Assembly (NCBI GenBank): GCA_040954595.2 | Contig: CM082593.2 | Coordinates: 5,783,434 to 5,847,433 of the forward strand | Length of the DNA stretch: 64,000 nt | From: Balanoglossus misakiensis | Lineage: Eukaryota > Animalia > Hemichordata | Direction: 5' to 3' | Shown here: in pieces, positions 11,107 to 21,800 of the stretch | How the letters are laid out: each line of letters starts with the position of its first letter | Numbering within the stretch: position 1 is the first letter of the stretch | Notes under the pieces: generated by a model | The model's database searches: none | Told to the model about the DNA's origin: nothing | What the model saw: only the letters and a program-made list of their open reading frames with translations | Program-made: the position numbers and the translations under genes

Positions 11107-12419
11107 TTACCTCTTCTCAAGCTGTTTAAATTTGGTTTCTGAAGAGAAAGAAAAATCCACACAAACCAAGTTATCATTAAATTTGAATTCTTCCCATAAT
11201 TGTTCACTGTATTTAATGAGCTAGTTGCAATGTGTCACTGTTTTGGCTTGTTTTTTTTTCACATGGTTGTACACTCACCAAGTCTCTTGGAGTAAGCATC
11301 TAATCGATACGCTGCCTGTTCTAGATTGGCCACACTCTCTTCTACTTGGTCTATCTGATCCAAATATGGTTGAAGACTTCTATCTGTTGGTGGAAAAATT
11401 AAGACCCACAATATGGAATTATTACTACCAGTTATTGAAAGACATACTAGCAGGTCATTACCATCACCATGGCAATGAGTTATTCAAAACGGTATGTAAT
11501 CTGTTCAAGGATATCATTGTCAAACCAGAACACCTATTAACTTAGACAGTGCATTCATTACTGTACACACAATACCGCCCTCACAGTTCATCTACATGAC
11601 ATTTCACATGCTTACATTTTTCATTGAGTGTTTGCATTGATGTGGCTATACTCGATGTCATCTGTTTCATTTCACTGTACTTGTGGATTGTCAGTCTGTT
11701 CATCTTCTCCAGTAATTTGTAATCTTCTGTTGTTGCTATGGTGACAAGAACAAACATAGAGGTTGGTTGTATATACAATGGCTATGTTTCTACAGCACAC
11801 GTTTTTGTTTCTCTTGGCATGATTGTGTAAATAAACATTCTCATTACCAGCCAGGTCTCCTTTAAGATATTCTTCTAATTTCATAAACATATCTTCGCAC
11901 AATTTCTTTGTATCTGGTTTACTTGTATCGGCCACCGGCATCTTTTCTGCTGCTGCAAAATGAAATCAACAGTAAAAATCAAACAATATTGCAACTAAAA
12001 TGTAAAGCATACACTACTACATCATGTATGTAATACCTTATGTGTATCAAAGATGAACCCTGCCCATCATCACATACCAAATAACACAATGGTGAGGTTT
12101 TAAACTCCAAGGGTTGAAATACTGATAATTTTAGCAATTTTCAAAATATATCTGATGATCAAACGGCCAGCACTGGGAATATTTCCGACACTTCCTAAAT
12201 TACAAGGGCCAATCCGGTGACCCTGTATCTCGTTGTGAGACGCGTCCGCTCATATTTGCAGAACACGAAGCGTTTATCTCCTGGATAGAAATGAATAAAA
12301 TAACCAGATTATTTACCTGTATGTTTAGGTGTCGTTTTTTCTTCTTCTTTCTTTTCTAACTGCTCATTTTCCGATTTTTCTGTCGGAGGGGGCGGGGTGC
12401 CACTCACTACGTCTGCCAT
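11107..12419 (-). CDS. BLOC1S2: Biogenesis of lysosome-related organelles complex 1 subunit 2 (BLOC-1/BORC), 154 aa; exons 12419-12317, 11952-11848, 11735-11616, 11383-11279, 11138-11107
   Basis: The spliced product reads ...[32 protein letters not shown]...[49 protein letters not shown], closely matching recalled human BLOC1S2. All introns are phase 1 GT-AG; total 465 nt. Confidence 0.96.
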
Positions 12420-12607
12420 TTTGAAATGTACATAACCCGGAAGCGGAAGTGGGTTTATGTTTATTTCGTGTAGTCATTCTTCAAATGCGTGTCGCCGGGT
12501 TGCCGGTTGAGCTGTCGCTTCAGTTCTAAGTCTTTTTAACGATCGCTGTCATCAGCTATACACACCGCAGTCTGGTTTACGTTAGGTCTTTGTAGACGAT
12601 TGCAAGA
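12420..12607. promoter_or_regulatory. Bidirectional promoter shared by BLOC1S2 and RNF181
   Basis: Only 188 bp separate the divergent ATGs. Tandem ETS/GABP sites CCGGAAGCGGAAGTG lie at 12437-12451, and a YY1-like AAAATGGC overlaps the BLOC1S2 start. The interval is CpG-rich. Confidence 0.8.
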
Positions 12608-14113
12608 ATGGCTTCGTATTTCGATGAACATGACTGTGACGACAGCGGCCCTCATCGCCAAACAGATCTGCTCGAATTAGCCAGGTAACTATGGAAGTTC
12701 TGTGTTTTATATGGGTTTATAGGGATTCTAGATACATGGGCATCTATCTATACGTCCTGAATAATGTTAGCCCAAGATTCCATCGAGCTATTGTGAATTT
12801 TGTCTTGCTTTTCTGTAGCAACTTCAGCCATATATGTTAACACCACAGGCGTGGTAATGACCACTTAACTTGCTCCTGTGGTTACCTATTAGTATCATGT
12901 ATTCAGGAAAAGTCCTGTTTTTTTTTTGTGTTTTTTTTTTTCAGGATGTTACTTAATGAAGGTTTATTGATTGATTTATCAGAGTAAGTCAGAATCTCGT
13001 TTTTGTCTTTTTTATTTTGAGAGGGAGAATGAGAAGATGTACTGCATGATGTACAGGGTGCCTGTTATTGCAATGATTACAATGCATTCTATCAAGTGTT
13101 GTTTTCTGTTCTATGGCGACCACTGCACTGTGATAACAAACACTTGCCATTAATGAGCTCCCAGCTACATTTGTGTGCACTTTCGTTTCCATGGCAACTG
13201 TATATTGCGTGAAAGCAGTGTATTTTCAACTTGTGTGCACACCGTTTACCAAGGGAATGAATTATTTATAACAGATCATGGATTGTCTGAGATTTCTGTG
13301 TTTTGTAGCAGGTTAGGTTTACCAGGTGAAAGATCAGCTCCTCCAGCCTCTGTTGCTATTGTGCAGGCTTTGCCAACGGTTGAGATATCAGCTGATCAAG
13401 TCAGTAAGTATGAGTCTTCCTCAATCATAGGAATGCATGTTCATCTTCAGATGGTTGGTGCCATTTTCATATATACAGACCTGTACATGTATATTAGTTT
13501 TGGCCAGTACACTTTATATATCATTTATTTCCATAATTACACAGTTTTGTTTCTTGTGTAGGGGATGGCAAGAGATGCCCAGTGTGTTTAATAGAATATG
13601 ATCTCTGTGAAAAAACAAAACAGTTACCATGCCAACACCAGTTTCACTCCGGTTGCATACTACCATGGCTGAAGAAGGTAAGCCACGCATATATTATATG
13701 GCGCCCTCTAGTGGTCAGTCGTAAGGAAAACGTGATGAAAATAAAATTGAACTGCCAGCCTTTTTATATTTCCTCTGCTTGTATTGTATGATAAAACGAC
13801 CGCATATTCTTTTGAAAACTGCAGTCCTCACCTTTCTATTTTCAGACAAATTCATGTCCAGTTTGCAGACATGAATTACCAACAGATGACCCAGATTATG
13901 AAGAACACAGAAAAGAAAAGGTATAGCCTTCTTTTTCACTCATCACTAATCTTCTTTTGAGGTTTTAGCGTGTGTTAATAGCTGTGTGTGGTGCTGAATA
14001 AGTTTAACAGATTATGTCCTCTTAACATTGTTCTTTTTTTTCAATCTTACCAGGCACGAGCCAAAGAAAAAGAGGCCAGGATTGGATCCTTGCATGATTC
14101 CATGTATTCCTAA
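12608..14113 (+). CDS. RNF181: E3 ubiquitin-protein ligase RNF181 (RING-H2), 153 aa; exons 12608-12684, 12945-12983, 13309-13403, 13562-13677, 13846-13920, 14054-14113
   Basis: The N-terminus [10 protein letters not shown]...LLELAR, the PPAS...LP segment, the RING-H2 CPVC...[40 protein letters not shown] and the C-terminal LHDSMYS* match recalled human RNF181. Phases are consistent; total 462 nt. Exon 3 has a TAGCAG tandem acceptor (13309 or 13312). Confidence 0.96.
13185..13198. promoter_or_regulatory. RFX X-box GTTTCCATGGCAAC in RNF181 intron 2
   Basis: Matches the GTTNCCATGGNAAC consensus and lies within 600 bp of the bidirectional promoter. Confidence 0.45.
13700..13716 (-). promoter_or_regulatory. 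CTCF-like motif GACCACTAGAGGGCGCC in RNF181 intron 4
   Basis: Perfect match to the CTCF core CCACTAGAGGGCGC on the minus strand. Confidence 0.5.
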
Positions 14114-14590
14114 CGTCAAATCAAAAACGTTTTGATACACTTGTGAAGTATCTCCCAGACTTTGTCTTTCGAATATGGCGTTTCTTACCATGACTCTCAA
14201 TACACTTGTCCACATGTGACAATCTTATTCTCAGTTTTTGTTCCAAAATGCACAAATAGACAATAGGAACAGAGAATAGGGATATCCTGCTTAATCATAG
14301 TAATCAATTCTCAATGAATTTTCGAGTCAGTGGCTCATATTATCATCATGAGTTTTATAAATATTTTAATATTTGAAAGTGTCAAACTTTTTCTGGTTCA
14401 CAGCACCAGAACAAAATGGCTGCCAAATTATGTGACTAAAATGTGCAAAACCAAGGTTAAACCCTAGCATAATGATTCCATGTTTTAAAATGTTATATGT
14501 AAATCAGAATATTGCTGTATTTATTTCGATTTTACTGAAATGTTTAGTAACCATCACATAGTTGTACACATGACACTTTGAAAAATGTTC

Positions 14591-14596
14591 AATAAA
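14591..14596 (+). terminator. Probable polyadenylation signal (AATAAA) of RNF181
   Basis: AATAAA ~480 nt after the stop codon, followed by a GT-rich downstream element (ttggtgtgatggtt). Confidence 0.55.
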
Positions 14597-16199
14597 ACTT
14601 CTCTTTGAGACAATAACTTAGAATTGGTGTGATGGTTCTTACGGGTGAGAAGAGAAAATTCAGAATGAGAGCTCGGCTTGCAGAGATTTTAAAGGGGAAA
14701 GTACAGGGCACATCTGTAGGGACAAACGACAGCCCCTTTAACTGATCAACTCGAGTTTTATATCGGTTTGAGAGATGACAATAGCCTCACCCTGCTCTCA
14801 GATTCATGAGGACCAGAGACCAGTTTTGCATATGATGGTTATCTGAAAACTGTTACAAGCAGTCTTCTACCAGAATGAGTTGTACCAGTTGCTTGCCAGT
14901 GATTTGAGTGATGTCGGAGAAGTTTTATGCATTCTGGCAGAGTGTGTTTGTGTGATAGGGCCACACTTCATCTTTCTTTGTGGAGATGGATTGGCATGTT
15001 TTGATAGAACTATGTTTTGATAGCCAGCAAGACCTTCGATAAACACTTCATTTGTGGTTATCCTCGAGTTTGACCCCAGCTTTGGTTTTCGACTTTGACC
15101 TTCAGGGGAGTGTGTGTGTACACGTGCAAGATCAGTGTTGAAGCCTCCTGTAAGCTTGAGTTCAAAGTCTCCTGAAAATCAATCAGCGATGAAATCTTTG
15201 CAGATTAGACCAGTCTATCCTTTGTGCCCCTGCCTGATTGCACATATAGGCCAATCTAGATAATCCAGGGCCAATCTCACCACTATCTCCATCATTTGTT
15301 TTTAGGCTATGTATTTTCTTATGTCACACACATTGTTTTATCTGAAGAGACTGTTAGGCTTTGGAATATCGAAATTAGCAACAAGTGTTAGATGCTGAAC
15401 ATTCTAGAAATTGATTACGAACGGTTTGTGTAGTGAGATGCGTCAAGACGCAAGCATCTTGCATCCAGTTTCCTTCTTTGGCAATTTTTTCTGACGAATG
15501 GTAGCAAAAATGGTATGATGCTTAAAAATAATGATAAAAAGCTATAGTCATGCTTATTTCTAAATTAGATCAGGCAACCCTTGGCAGAGATGTCAGTTTT
15601 TAAAAACCAAACTAGAGTAGAGACCAGCGTTCCATGTAAAAATTATATATCAGCTTGGTGCAGTGTGTCATTACATATATAGAGTGCTCACGACATTGCA
15701 GTCAATTTTGTTATCGATGGCTTTAAATTATAGAAATGCAATCAGAGTCGGATTGCAAGTCACAGAGAATCCAGGTCTGTCCACGGAGATTTGCTTCTCG
15801 GCAAGCTCTCTGAGGAAGTTTTAGGCACCATTACCAGTTTTCACCAGACCCCCCACCATGCCATGATCATTACGTAAAAACAGAAGGCTTCATTTTTTGA
15901 GACGTTGAGGGCGCTTTGTTGCGATCATCACCATGGATATCAACCTGGATTCTCTTGTCATTTAGTCAGTATATAATATAGCCATTTCTGTCAGGTCAAT
16001 AAGGTGTGTGTGTGTGTGCGTGCTCGAGAATATCAGTATAAAAGAAGACAACAAAGTGATAAGCAGTTTACAGGGACTGAGATGTGATTTCTTGACAAAA
16101 AGGGAAAAGTTATTTACATGAATTATTAAGTGCCTGCAAACATTGATTGGCAGCAATTATCTAGCAAAAAAAACACCTTAGAACTAACAACTACATAAT

Positions 16200-17642
16200 A
16201 ATGAATAATACTGCACTTGAGATATGATATTGGCACTTATTGACTCCTACAAGGTCAATAATAAGACTTTTACCATCATGCATTGAAATATTATTAGATA
16301 TTTGCACATAACCATACATGCATATGAGATTCTAGCAATTACAGTAAAATTATCATGAAAAGTTAGTGCATGTCCTAAGATTGAAGAAAATAACACACCA
16401 ACTACCGGGGGAAAAGTCCTAATTAAAGAGATCATGAAGGAACAACAATGGCATGAACATGGAACAAAATCAAACTTTAACAGATGAAATATAAGCAAGC
16501 ATTTTGTGATTGTATGACTTGGATAATTTTTAAAGTACTAAATATGGTTATAATTCAAATGCTTTTTTTTTTTACGTATATATATAATATAAGCTGTGCA
16601 TCAAACAAGTGGCTTATCTACGGCTAGAAATCAATACATAACAATGAGTTGGGATATATAAGGAGTGGTAAATCCAAACATCGACGACTGGATATGCTTT
16701 TTTTTTTTTCGTGGTGATTGTCGCGTCGTCCTTAGTGTGGCCAGGGTCACTCTTTCTGTGTTTCATATTTCACAGAGATTCCCCCACAGCAAGTAAAGAT
16801 GTAAGCAATTTTATTATTTCACTCTTAAAAACAAGTTGTAGGAAAAATATATATTTCTTCATTTTTACTTCTGTATTTTTTTTATACTATTGGAATTGAG
16901 ATACAAACATAATTGCACCGTCCTGTTCCCTCCTTCAGAACAAACAAAAAAGAAAGTTCAAAGTTCATTGTCTCCGACATGAATCAGCATGCAGGCATAC
17001 AAGTTCCATAAAAATATACCTGACTATGTCAAAAAAAAGTTGATAGACGAAGTAAATACAGTATCTTATTTTTTTTTATCATTTTGTACTTTTGTAAAAC
17101 TCTGATATAAAGTAGATCTCACTGAATGCATGATGACAAAGATATTTTCAAGTCCTATCCAAGTCTCTGAAATGTGCTAACAGGAACAGAAAAGGAAAGG
17201 AAACAAAAAATAAAATCAAACAAAAACAAATTAGGGGGTAAAATATTTCTACCCCCAAATTATAGATTTCAAATGTGATAGATGAAATAAAGAGTTGAGA
17301 TCTCAGTCTCCCCTGTCGGCAAAAATGAGCTGTAATCAAAGACTGCACATTGACTGGTTGGCATGACAACATCAATAGCCTCCATGCTCTTGTGATGATT
17401 TGTCTAGGTTCCTATGGAGAAACAAAACAAAAACAAAAACATCGAGTAAATAATTTGTACAGTACTCCATTGTCACCAACACCATCACATGTGCAGACAA
17501 CATTATGGACATAAAAATAGGTGTTCAAAAACTTTTCACCAGTTGGGATACAACAATGATCTTTATGCAGATTACAATTCCTCACATATTAGTCTTGGTC
17601 AAGAAGATTACAGACTAGCTTCCAAAAAGTTGCTGGAAAGGT
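16200..17642 (-). other. Terminal U-rich 3'UTR exon of the hnRNP D/AB-like gene (3' end approximate)
   Basis: Long U-rich tracts on the minus strand, an AATAAA candidate at ~16809-16814, and no coding potential. Confidence 0.4.
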
Positions 17643-18815
17643 CTGAAGGGAAGAGAGAATTAGTTCATCTAGGGATCATTTGTCTTGTTAGAGCATCAGA
17701 AAAAAAGAAAAGATGGAAAGAAAGGGTTTATTGAAATTTGAACATTTTAAGACCTTAAGCGCAATCATGCCTGTTTTATTCCTCTACCAAAAGGCCCGGC
17801 TTTATAAAACATCAACTTACAAAAACATCTAAGTTGCCCCCTTCATATTTGTTGCTATAGTAACTAGTTCATTAAAAACAAGTAAGACCTGACATTCAAT
17901 TACATTTAATACAAGATTTACATTTATGTAATAAGAACCATTTTCTGGTAAAACATACAAATCTTTCCCTTATTTCCCTGGCTACTTAAGATTCATTTGA
18001 GATGGTTTTTGACCTTTTTCAAAAAGTTTCTGTTGCCTGAGTTTCTAATTCTGTTGATGAGAGCATGTCAACCCAAAGGGCTACCTGTTAAAGAGAATTG
18101 GGGTTGAAATGAATCAACACAATACAATACTGGACATGAGTGAATATACAGTGGAAAAGAGATAGCCTTGATTAAGTTGATACCACATTTCAATGTAATG
18201 CTCAAAATTACTCGCATAGTCTATCACTTCTATGTGTAAGTTTTTGTATTACAAGGAAAATAACATATCAACCTTAAATATGCTGATAATACATGTACAC
18301 ATAAATCTTTCAATCATCAAAACATTTCAATCAATATACTTCCTGTTCGTGGTGTGCCGAGCTTAAATAGCTAGCTGTTAAGAAACCAAGATGGCGTCCA
18401 ATGCCGGGGGCGGCCATCTTGACAGCCTCCTTTTGGGTCTGGACAACCAAGACTACAAAATCCTACAAGGAACACTCTTTAGACACAGAATTCTCGCGTT
18501 TAGAATAAACCCCACCCTTGTTACCTATATTCAGTTGACCTATGACCCTAAGCACACCAGGGAACCAGCCAGCAGTCGGTTACAGGACAAATAAAATCAT
18601 GTGACAAGTTCAACTGTGAAGTACAAATGAAGACACACAGGCTAACAACACAGTTCATGCCTACCATTAGATATGTTACAACTTGAATTAAAGTGTCAAA
18701 TACGTGAGAGAAAGAAAAAAAAAAGAGCGTTTAAGTTTTGACATCCATGCAGACAGCACACACCCATGTTTTGCCGGAATTTAATGGTGAAATCATAAAG
18801 AAGTTGCATGCCTAC
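17643..18815 (-). other. Intron in the 3'UTR of the hnRNP D/AB-like gene
   Basis: Donor TTCAG|GTAGGC lies 41 nt after the TGA (exon end 18816). A strong acceptor TCTCTTCCCTTCAG| lies at 17643. Confidence 0.6.
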
Positions 18816-18856
18816 CTGAAATTGTCGGCAATGATCTGATTGCCTGGCGCCCATTG

Positions 18857-21800
18857 TCAGCGTGTGTATGGATGATAGGCAATATGAGCTTTTCTAGCCG
18901 CAGGTGCCTTACCGTATGTAGCAGCTGAAAAAACCGAATCAGTGCCAGTATTACTATTTATGAGCAAATTGTGTTAAAGAAGGACGTGTGACGTGCTATT
19001 AGAGTTTAACCCCAGACATTCCGATAAACTATTTCCGTGCCGTTAAAATATTAGATGTTATATAAAAAAAGTAACATTCTCAAATATGTGGCGATGGGTA
19101 TGTAATTTTTTTTTTTTTGCATCTGGAAGGGAAGTTTGAATGCAAGTTTACAAGGCATGTTACAATTACAGTAGTGATTGATACAAGCAAAATAGACAAT
19201 TAACAACCGCTCCAACATTACATGATGATCTTGAAGGTACTGGGTAACTGATATGGAATGCCGTGGCCAGATCATACTTAGACACCATACACGTCAGCTC
19301 GCCATGATTTCATTTTCAAAAAAAGCTAAGCAATATAAAAATTGTGGGGGAATGGGAGAGGAAGCTTTGGAACTGATTGCTATAATCACTGACTGCGTAA
19401 AAATGACAAAAAGGTGAAATAAATGTCATCTGTCTGCCTGTTTCTAATACTGTCCGTTATTGATCGTACTAGATCTCTTCAATGCTAAGGGTGAAATTTT
19501 TGAGAGGGATTATTGGGTAGTTTTTTTTTTCTTTCACTATGAGACACCCTCCCGCTTTTATCTGCTATGCCTCAATTAATATTGAACCCTTTCACCAGCG
19601 ATGGTTTGATCCAAATCCAATGTATTCTGTGGTAGAGTTTGGACTTCTACAGAGGGAAATGGGGGTGTGAAAGGGTGAGGGATCTATTCGTTTTAATATC
19701 AGCCACCACCACCACCGCAACCAAAAGCCTGGATTAAACATCTTTACCTGTTGCATATCCGACTCCGTAAGCATCCCTCAGTGCATATTCGTATCCCGGT
19801 AGCGTGTAGGCCGTGGCCGGGGCCGGATATCCGGCGGCCGCGTACGCCGCCGCGGCCGTTGCCGTGGGACTCGGGTATCCGGGCGGGGCCGGCGCGGGTG
19901 CCGGGGCCGGGATGGCAGCTGCTGCAGCGGCCGCCGCCGCAGCCGCTGAGGGCGGTGGTGGCGTCGTCGGGGGATACGCGGTCGCCGCGGCCTGGTAGCC
20001 GGGTGGAAGTTGATAGGTCTGCGGGGTGAAGCCGCCGCCGTAACTGTAACTGGTGAAGCCTGGGTTGAACCCTGCGAGAGTTGTAGGAGCTGGAAGAAAA
20101 AACACAAAACGGGAAAAGGTTAGAATCATCAGCTGATGGTCAGGCATGTCAAATCCACCAACCCTTGGCACATCAGAACATACACCATACAGTATTGACA
20201 GTCATTTCGTTCAGGACCAGCAATTTATGTCTGACCCCCCATATGCCTCCTACAGGGACATCTGAAAGGTTGACAAATTGTCTCAAGCACTGCCGAATTT
20301 TTCTCAAAGGTTTTTCATTTTCTTCCAGTTGGTTCAACAGCTTTACCATTTTGGCCTTGCCTCTGTGATTCAAACACCACGGCTAAAGACTACCCTTGCC
20401 TGTCCTGTCTGTATCACACAGAACTGAAATTATGACCTGTCCAAAGTTTACATCAATACACTTCGGAGTCCACTAATGGATCCCCGGGTTCATTTCAACC
20501 TGAATAGATAGCGCCTTGTAAGTGAGACTGTCAAACCACTAAACACATTCATTCTTTGGACAATCCCCAACCACCCTTAATATTCTCTGTACACCAGTTC
20601 TACCTTCGGGCTGTATTCCTGGTAAATGTACTGCAATGCCAGACCCCGGGGCTATCATTTCAACCACGGTTGCAACCCCTCCACACAGATTAACTCTCTC
20701 CGCTCTCATCAAACCCTACCCACCCCTACCGGCCAAATACACAAATCCAATCACATCCACTGCTGCAAACCAATAGGGTTAAACCATACAAGAATGCGAT
20801 GAGGGGTGGGGGGTTTGCTGATTTGTCTTTGATTGCACACACAGGAGAACCCCCAAGGCAAGCCAGTGATTAAACGAACTCACCTGCATAGAAACTGGGA
20901 TATGCATTAGTAGGTGCTGCTGCAAGGTAAAAAGATAACAAAAAAGAAAAGATTATAGATACGGCTGAAGGAGAAATTCTCAACTCAAAGTCTACAATAT
21001 ATGCCTGAACTGCACCAATTTTTCACTCAAATACATCTCCTTGCATACAGATCAAATCCCGGCTGTCAAAGAAACCCAAATCTGACCAGAGGGCACTGGC
21101 CTAGAGGTTAACACACAGCCACGCTAATGATTTCCAAATGCTGTAAAAATTGGCAAGTGAACAGACACTCTGGACTGTGAGTAAACAGTACGGCCAGCCA
21201 TCTGTTGGGTCTGACTGTGCAGGGAACACATCTCTGCTGGCTTTCATCATTCCCACACGAACACACACAGACTGACACCGCACAAACAATGGACTCGCCA
21301 CATTTGACAATCACATGAATCAAGAAGCAGAGTTAGTCAAACTAAAAATGTTCAACAACAGCTCTGTCGATATGGGCATATGTAGATTAGAAACGATTGC
21401 ATTCCTTTTACTTGTAACTTACTGCAAAATGAAAGTTGCAGATCAACTCTAGTAATTTCCAGAGAAAATGGTCTGCAACAATAATTATAACTATCCAACC
21501 ATATATGCCTTAATCTCATTTTCCCTGACTGACCAGCTTGTCTGGTTTCATGATTACATTTTCCGTCCCATACACATCACTTCACCTCCTACAGGCATAT
21601 ATCTGCAAATTCCCTCTCCCCCCAAAGCTGAAGGAACTCCACATTTCATTTCTGACCCCGCGGGGCCAGAGGACAGGATTACCCCGGAAATCCACAGGCA
21701 GGCTAATGGTGATTTCTTGTCTTTCATTCAAATTATTACATACTTTACTGGGTTTTTGGTTTCCCCCAAGGGAAAAGCTTAAAACTCAAATAACTTTAGA

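Noticed and set aside
19751-20107. Antisense and alternative-frame Arg/Pro/Gly-rich ORFs
   Set aside because: These are shadows of the GC-rich Ala/Pro exon of the hnRNP gene.
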